Below, in pieces: positions 52,101 through 64,000 of a DNA stretch of 64,000 bases (position 1 is the first letter of the stretch; every line of letters starts with the position of its first letter). The DNA comes from the human T2T-CHM13v2.0 reference genome, Homo sapiens. The notes under the pieces were generated by a model. The model was given only the letters and a program-made list of their open reading frames with translations. It was not told the origin of the DNA and ran no database searches. The DNA lies in NCBI RefSeq assembly GCF_009914755.1, contig NC_060935.1; one strand, given 5' to 3'. Both the position numbers and the translations under genes were made by a program.

Positions 52101-53110
52101 GCTTTGTGATGTGTGCATTCATAACACAAAATTAAACCTTTCTTTGGATTCAGCAGTTTGGAAACACTGTTGTTTTAGAATCTGTGATGGGATATTTTTG
52201 GAGCTCATTGAGGCCAATGGCAAAAAAGAGAATATCCCAGGATAAAAACTAAAAGGAAGTTGTCTGAGAAACTGCATTGTCATGTGTGCATTCACCTCTC
52301 AGAGTTAAAACATTCTTTACATTCAGCAGTATGGAAACACTGTTTTTGTAGAATCTGTGACGTTATCTTTGGGATCGCATGGAGGCCTCTGCTGGAAAAG
52401 GAAATATCTTCACATAAAAACTAAAAGGAAGCTTTCTGAGAAACTGTTTTGCAATGTGGGCATTCATCTCACAGAGTTAAACATTTCTGTGGATTCATCA
52501 TTTTGCAAACCCTCTGGTTGTAGAATCTGCAATGGGCTATTGGGGAGATCCTTGAGGCCAAAATGGAAAAAGCAAATATCCTGGGATAAAAACTAGATGA
52601 AAGCTACTTGAGAAACCGTTTTGTGATGTGTGCATTCATCACAAAGATTTAAACCTTTATTTTCACTCTGCAGTTTGGAAACACTGTTTTTGTAGAATCT
52701 GTGAAGGAGTATCTGGAAGCGCATTGAGGCCTATACTGAAAAAGGAAATAACTTCAGACAAAAACTAGAAAGAAGCTTTGTGAGAAATTGCTTTGTGATG
52801 TGTGCATTCATCTCACAGAGTTAAACTTTTCCTTTCATTGAGCAGTTTCAAAACACTGTTTATTTCGATTGTGTGAATGGACATGTGGGAGCTCATTGAG
52901 GCCAATAGCCAAAAATTGAAAATCCCAGTATAAAAACTAGAAAGAGTCTATCTGAGAAACAACTTTGTAATGTGTGCATTCACCTCACAGAGTTAAAAAG
53001 TTCTTTTTATACAGCAGTTTGGAAACACTGTTCTGGCAGAATCCATGAGGGGATATTTGGAAGCGCCTTGAGGTCTATGGTGAAAAAGAAAATATATTCA
53101 GATAAAAACT
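34134..53110 (+). repeat. Alpha satellite, block 2 (~19 kb, same orientation)
   Basis: Continuous ~171-bp monomers. pJ-alpha-type ctatggtgaaaaaggaa occurs in roughly alternate monomers. No TTCGTTGGAAACGGGA CENP-B box seen. Confidence 0.97.
45499..45550 (+). mobile_element. Extremely 5'-truncated L1PA (3' terminal ~50 bp)
   Basis: ctgcacattgtgcacaagtaccctaaaacttaaagtataataataaaaaaa, flanked by aaaact / gaaact within the monomer's ataaaaactag motif. Confidence 0.93.
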
Positions 53111-56699
<3,589 letters not shown>

Positions 56700-58256
56700 A
56701 AAACTAGAAGGAAGGTTTCTGAGAAACTACTTTGTGATGTGTGCATTCCCCTCACAGAGTTAAACATTTCTGGGGATTCAGCCTTTTGCAAACACTGTTT
56801 TTGTCCATTCTGTGAGGGGATATTTGGGAGGGTATTGAAGCCTATGCTGAAAAAGGAAATATCTTCACATAAAAATTAGAAAGAATGTTCCTGGGAAACT
56901 GCTTTGTGATGTGTGCATTCATTTCACAGAGTTAAACCTTTCTTTGGACTCACTGTTTAGAAACAGTGTAGTTATAGAATCTGTGAAGGGAAATTTTGGA
57001 GCTCCTTAAGGCAAAGGGCAAAAAAGAGAATATCCTAGGAAAAAAACTAGAAAGAAGCCATCTGAGAAACTGCTTTGTCATGTGTACATTCATCTTGCAG
57101 AATTAAAACTTTCATTTCCTTCAGCAGTTTGGAGACACATTTTTTGTAGAATCTGCAAAGTGATATCTGGAAGTGCATTGAGGCCTATGGTGTAAAAGGA
57201 AATATCTTCAGATAAAAACTTGAATGAAGCATTCTGAGAAACTGCTTTGTGATGTGTGCGTTCATCCCTCAGAGTTAAACCATTCTTTGGACTCAGCTAT
57301 TTGGAAACACTGTTGTTGTAGAATCTGTGAAGGGATATTTGGGAGCTCATTGAGGCTAATGGTGAAAAAGCGAATATCCCATTATAAAAACTGGAAGGAA
57401 GCTCTATGAGAAACTGCTTTGTGATGTGTGCATTCATCTCACAGAGTCAAATCTTTCTTTTCATTCAGCAATTTGGAAACACTGCAGTTGTAGAACCTGC
57501 AAATTGAAATTTGAGAGCTTAATGAGGCCAAAGGGGAAAAAGCAAATATCCTAGGAAAAATCTAGAAGGAAGCTATCTGAGAAACTGCTTTGTGACGTGT
57601 GCATTCATCTCTCAGAGTTAAAACATTCTTTTCATTCAGTGGTTTGGAGACACTGTTTTTTAGAATCTGTGAAGTTATATTTGGGAGTGCATAGAGGACT
57701 AAGCTGAAAAAGAAAATAACTTCAGATAAAAAGTAGAAAGAAGCCTCCTAAGAAACTGCTTCATGATGTGTGCATTCATCTCACAGAGTTCAACCTTTCT
57801 TCTGATTCAGCCATTTGGAAACATCGTTGTTGTACAATCTGTGAAGGGATATTTGGGAGCTCATTGAGACAAATTTCGTAAATGAGAATATCCCAGGATA
57901 AAAACTAGAAGCAAACTATTTGAGAAACAGCTTTGTGTTGTGTGCATTCATCTCACAGAATTAAAACTTTCTTTCATTCAACAGTTTGGAAATACTGTTT
58001 TCGTAGAATCTGTGAAGGGACATCTGGGAGTGCCTGCAGGCCTGTGGTGAAAAAGCAAATATCTTCAGATAAAAACTTGAAAGAATCCTTTTGAGAAACT
58101 GTTTAGTGAAGTGTGCATTCAGCTCACAGATTTAAAACTTTCTGTGGATTCAGCGGTTTGCAAATACTGTTTTTGTGCATTGTGTGAAGGGACATTTGGG
58201 ATCTCATTGAGGCCAATGGTGAAAAAGCAAATATCCCAGGATAAAAAATAAAAGAA
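56700..58256 (+). repeat. Alpha satellite, block 3
   Basis: About 9 monomers, in phase with block 2 across the L1. Confidence 0.97.
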
Positions 58257-61200
58257 GGTTCCAAGATCACTGCATAAGAACAGCTCCAGTCTACAGCTCT
58301 CAGTGTGAGTGATGCAGAGGGTGGAAGATTTCTGCACTTCCAGTTGAGATACTGGGTTCATCTCACTGGAGATTGTTGGACACTGGGTGCAGGACAGTGG
58401 TTGCAGTTCACTGAGCATTAGCTGAAGCAGGGGGAGGCATAGCCTCACCTCGGAAGCACAAGGGGGCAGGGAATTCCCTTTCTTATCCAAGGAAAGGAGT
58501 GATAGGCAGCTCCTGAAAAATCAGGTCACTCCTGCCCTAATGCTGTGCTTTTCTGATGGTCTTAGCAAACGGCACACCCGGAGTTTATATCCTGCACCTG
58601 ACTTGGAGGGTTCTACACCCATGGAGTCTCACTCTCTGCTAGCACAGCAGTCTGAGATCAAACTGCAAAGTGGTAGTGAGGCTGAGGGAGGGGTGCCTGT
58701 CATTGCTGAGGCTTGAGCGGGTAAACAAAATGACTGGGAAGCTTGAACTGGGTGGAGCCCACTGCAGCTCAAGGAGGCCTGGATGCTCTGTAGACTCCAC
58801 CTCTTGGGGCAGGGTGAGGCCAAACAAAAGGCAGGAGAAACCTCTGCATATTTAAATATCCCCATCTGACAAATTGGAAGGCAATAGTGGTTCTCCCAGG
58901 ACACAGCTTCAGATCTGATAATGGACAGACTGCCTCCTCAAGTGGGCCCCGACCCCAGAGTAGCTGAACTGGGAGGCAAACCCCAGTAGGGGCAGACTGA
59001 CACCTCACACGGCTGGGAAACCCTCTGAGACAAAACTTCCAGAGGAACAACCAGGCAGCAACAATTCCTGTTCACAAATATTTGCTGTTCTGGAGCCTCT
59101 GCTGCTGATACCCAGGCAAATAGGATCTGGAGTGGACCTTTGGCAGACTCTAACAGACCTGCAGCTGAGGGTCCTGTTAGAAGGAAAACTAACAAACAGA
59201 AAACACATCCACACCAAAACCCCATCTATACATCACCATCATCAAAGACCAAAGGTAGATAAAACCACAAAGATGGGGAAAAAGCAGAGCAGAAAAACTG
59301 AAAATTCTAAAAGTCAGAGCACCTCTCCTCCTCCAAAGGAATGCAGCTCCTCACCAGCAATGGAACAAAGCTGGACAGAGAAAGACTTTGATGAGTTGAG
59401 AGAAGAAGGCTTCAGATGATCAAACTTCTCCGAGCTAAAGGAGGAAGTTGGAACCTATGGCAAAGAAGTTAAAAACCTTGAAAAAAGATTAAATGAAGCA
59501 CTAACTAGGTTAACCAATGCAGAGAAGGCTGTAAAGGATCTGATGGAGCTGAAAACCAAGGCTCGAGAACTATGTGCCAATTGCACAAGCTTTAGTAGCT
59601 GGTTTGATAAACTGGAAGAAAGGGTATCAGTGATTGAAGATCAAATGAATGAAATGAAGAGAGAAGAGAAGTTTAGAGAAAAAAGAATAAAAAGAAATGA
59701 AAAAAGCCTCCAAGAAATATGGGACTATGTGAAAAGACCAAATCTACGTCTGATAGGTGTCCCTGAAATAGACAGGGAGAATGGAACCAAGTTGGAAAAC
59801 ACACTGTAGGATATTATCCAGGAGAACTTCCCCAATCTATCAAGTCAGGCCAACATTCAAATTCTGGAAATACAGAGAATGCCAAAAAGATACTCCTCGA
59901 GAAGAGCAACTCCAAGACACATAATTGTCAGATTCACCAAAGTTGAAATGAAGGAAAAAATGTTAAGGGCAGTGAAAGGAATGTTGGGTTAACCACAAAG
60001 GGAAGACCATCAGACTAACAGTGGATCTCTTGACAGAAACTCCACAAGCCTGAAGAGAGTGGGGGCCAATATTCAACATTCTTAAAGAAAAGAATTTTCA
60101 AACCAGAACCTCACATCCAACAAAACTAAGCTTCATAAGTGAAGGAGAAATAAAATACTTTACAGACAAGCAAATGCTGAGATAATTTGTCACCACCAGG
60201 CCTCCCCTACAAGAGCTCATGAAGGAAGCACTAAACATGGAAAGGAACAATTGGTACTGGCCACTGCAAAAACACACCAAATTGTGAAGACCATTGAAGC
60301 TAGGAAGAAACTGCATGAACTAATGAGCGAAATAACCAGCTAACATCATAATGACAGGATCAAATTCACACATAACAATATTAACCTTAAATGTAAATGG
60401 GCTAAATGCTCCAATTAAAGGACACAGAGTAGCAAATTGGATAAAGAGTCAAGACCCATCAGTGTGCTGTGTTCAGGAAACCTATCTCACATGCAGAGAC
60501 ACACATAGGCTCAAAATAAAGGGATGGAGGAAGATCTACCAAGCAAATGGAAAACCAAAAGAGGCAGGGGTTGGAATCCTAGTCTCTGATAAAACAGAAT
60601 TTAAACCAACAAAGATCAAAAGAGACAAAGAAGGCCATTACATAATGGTAAAGGGATCAATTCAACAAGAAGAGCTAAGTATCATAAATATATATGCATC
60701 CACTACAGGAACACACAGATTCATAAACCAAGTCCTTAGAGATGTCGAAAGAGATTTAGACTCCCACACAATAATAATGGGAGATTTTGACACCGCACTC
60801 TCAATATAGACAGATCACCGAGACAGAATGTTAACAAGGATATCCAGGAATTGAACTCAGCTCTTCACCAAGCGGACCCAATAGACATCTACAGAACTCT
60901 ACACCCAAAATCAGCAGAATATACATTCTTCTCAGCATCACACCGCACTTATTCCAAAATTGACCACATAGTTGGAAGTACAGCACTCCTCAGCAAATGT
61001 AAAAGAACAGAAATTATAACAAACTATCTCTCAGACCACAGAGCAATCAAACTACCACTCAGGATTAAAAAACTCACTCAAAACCACTCAACAACATGGA
61101 AACTGAACAACCTGCTCCTAAATGACTACTGGGTCCCTAACAAAATGAAGGCAGAAATAAAGATGTTCTTTGAAACCAACGAGAACAGAGACACAACATA

Positions 61201-64000
61201 CTAGAATCTCTGGAACACATTCAAAGCAGTGTGTAGAGGGAAATTTATAGCACTAAATGCCCACAAGAGAAAGCAGGAAAGCTCTAAAATTGATACCCTA
61301 ACATCACAAATAAAAGAACTAGAGAAACAAGAGCAAACACATTCAAAAGCTAGCAGAAGGCAAGAAATAACTAAGATCAGAGCAGAACTGAAGGAAATAG
61401 AGACACAAAAAACCCTTCAAAAAATCAATGAATGCAGGAGCTGGTTTTTTGAAAAGACCAACAAAATTGATAGACTGCTAGCAAGGCTAATAAAGAAGAA
61501 AAGAGAGAAAAATCAAATAGGCACAATAAAAAAAGATAAAGGAGATATCACCACCGATCTCACAGAAATACAAACTACCATCAGAGAATACTATAAACAC
61601 CTCTCTGCAAATAAACTACAAAATCTAGAGGAAACGGATAAATTCCTCGGCAAATACACCCCCCAAGACTAAACCAGGAAGAAGTTGAATCTCTGAATAG
61701 ACCAATAACAGGCTCTGACGTTGAGGCAATCATTAATAGTTTACCACCAAAAAAAAGTCCAGGACCAGAAGGACTCACCACTGAATTCTACCAGAGGTAC
61801 AAGGAGGAGCTGGTACCATTCCTTCTGAAACTATTCCAATCAATAGAAAACGAGAGAATCCTCCCTAACTCATTTCATGAGGCCAGCATCATCCCGATAC
61901 CAAAGCCTGGTAGAGACACAACAAAAAAAGAGAATTTTAGACCAATATCCTGGATGAATATCGATGCAAAAATCCTCAATAAAATACTGGCAAACCAAAT
62001 CCAGCAACACATCAAAAAGCTTATCTACCCTGATCAAGTGGTCTTCATCCCTGGGATGCACGGCTGATTCAACATATGCAAATCAATAAATGTAATCCAG
62101 CAAAGACAAAAACCACATGATTATCTCAGTAGATGCAGAAAAGGCCTTTCACAAAATTCAACAACCTTCATGCTAAAAACTCAATAAATTGGGTATTCAT
62201 GGGATGTCTCTCAAAATAATAAGAGCTGTCTATGACAAACACACAGCCAATGTCATACTGAATGGGCAAAAACTGGAAGCATTCCTTTTGAAAACTGGCA
62301 AAAGACAGGGATGAACTCTCTCACCACTCCTATTCAACATAGGGTTGGAAGTTCTGGCAAGGGCAATTAGGCAGCAGAAGGAAATAAATGTTTTTCAATT
62401 AGGAAAAGAGGAAGTCAAGTTGTCCCTCTTTGCAGATGACATGATTGTAGGTCTAGAAAACCCCATTATCTCAGCCCAAAATCTCCTTAAGCTGATAAGC
62501 AACTTCAGCAAAGTCTCAGGATACAAAATCAATGTGCAAAAATCAGAAGCATTCCTATACACCAATAACAGACAAACAGAGAGCCAAATCATGAGTGAAT
62601 TCCCATTCACAATTGCTTCAAAGACAATAAAATACCTAGGAATACAACTTACAAGGGATGTGAAGGACTTCTTCAAGGAGAAATACAAACCACTACTCAA
62701 AGAAATAAAAGAGGATACAAACAAATGGAAGAACATTCCATGCTCATGGGTAGGAAGAATCATTATCATGAAAATGGCCATACTGCCCAAGGTAATTTAT
62801 AGATTCAATGCCAACCACATCAAGCTACCAATGAGTTTCTTCACAGAATTGGAAAAGCCTGCTCTAAAATTCATATGGAACCAAAAAAGAGCTCACATCG
62901 CCAAGTCAATCCTAAGCCAAAAGAACAAAGCCGGAGGCATCACGATACCTGACTTCACACTATACTACAAGGCTACAGTAACCAAAACAGCTTGGTACTG
63001 GTACCAAAACAAAGATATAGACCAATGGAACAGAATGGAGCCCTCAGAAATAATACTGCATATCTACAACTATCTGATCTTTGACAAACCTGAGAAAAAC
63101 AAGCAATGGGGAAAGGATTCCCTATTTAGTAAATGGTGCTGGGAAAACTGGCTAGCCATATCTAGAAAGCTGAAACTGGATTCCTTCCTTACACCTTGTA
63201 CAAAAATTAATTCAAGATGGATAAAAGGCTTACATGTTAGACCTAAAACCATTAAAACCCTAGATGAAAACCTAGGCAATACCATTCAGTACGTAGGAAT
63301 GGGGAAGGACTTCATGTCTAAAACACCAAAAGCAATGGCAACAAAAGCCAAAATTAACAAAAGGGATCTAATTAAACTAAAGAGCTTCTGCACAGCCAAA
63401 TAGACTACCATCAGTGTGAATAGACAACCTACAAAATGGGAGAACATTTCTGCAATCTACTCATCTGACAGAAGGCTAATATCCAGAATCTACAATGAAC
63501 TCAAACAAATTTACAAGAAAAAAAACAAACAACCCCATCAAGAATTGGGTGAAAGATATGAACAGACACTTCTCAAAAGAAGACATTTATGCAGCCAAAA
63601 GACACATGAAAAAATGGTCATCATCTCTGGCCATCAGAGAAATGGAAATCAAAACCACAAGGGGATAACATCTCATACCAGTTGGAATGGAGATCATTAA
63701 AAAGTCAGGAAACAATAGGTGCTGGAGAGGATGTGGAGAAATAGGAACACTTTTACACTGTTGGTGGGACTGTAAACTAGTTCAACCATTGAGGAAGTCA
63801 GTGTTGCGATTCCTCAGGGATCTAGAGCTAGAAATACCATTTGACCCAGGCATCCCATTACTGGGTATATACCCAAAGTATTATAAATCATGTTACTATA
63901 AAGACACATGCACATGTATGTTTATTGTGGCACTATTCACAATAGCAGAGACTTGGAACCAACCCAAATGTCCAACAATGATAGACTTTATTAAGAAAAT
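58257..64000 (+). mobile_element. Full-length L1PA3/4-like LINE-1, running off the window end
   Basis: 5' ggttccaagat..aacagctccagtctacagctc. ORF1 remnant 59273-60287 (MGKKQSRK..), ORF2 from 60351 (MTGSNSHITILTLNVNGLNAPIK.., LFADDMIV). Multiple stops and frameshifts. Confidence 0.96.

Noticed and set aside
62345-63403. 352-aa reverse transcriptase ORF as an active gene or retron-like system
   Set aside because: Fragment of L1 ORF2 in an element with many stops and frameshifts.

Overview
Primate, very likely human, pericentromeric DNA with no intact protein-coding gene. About 1-20,000 is the degraded edge of an olfactory-receptor cluster. It holds one OR4A-subfamily pseudogene (3163-4120), three progressively truncated copies of the OR4A duplication unit, MaLR/ERV LTR elements (MSTA, two THE1, MER11), old L1M fragments, an AluS and microsatellites. 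A full-length L1PA4-like element (20,012-25,607) forms the junction to about 23 kb of old, dimer-like alpha satellite that has pJ-alpha boxes and no CENP-B box that I could see. The satellite carries four more L1PA insertions: one near full-length, one ~50-bp stub, one 5'-inverted and one full-length element running off the window end. An OR4A cluster abutting old alpha satellite fits human 11p11/11q11 (inference). I found no new biological system. The notable points are structural: an L1 with non-matching flanks at the arm/satellite boundary, an inverted L1 with a ~565-bp duplication whose two copies differ, a filled/empty MER11 pair, hidden multi-monomer repeats in the satellite, and templated-insertion scars. 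All alignments and divergence comments were made by eye.
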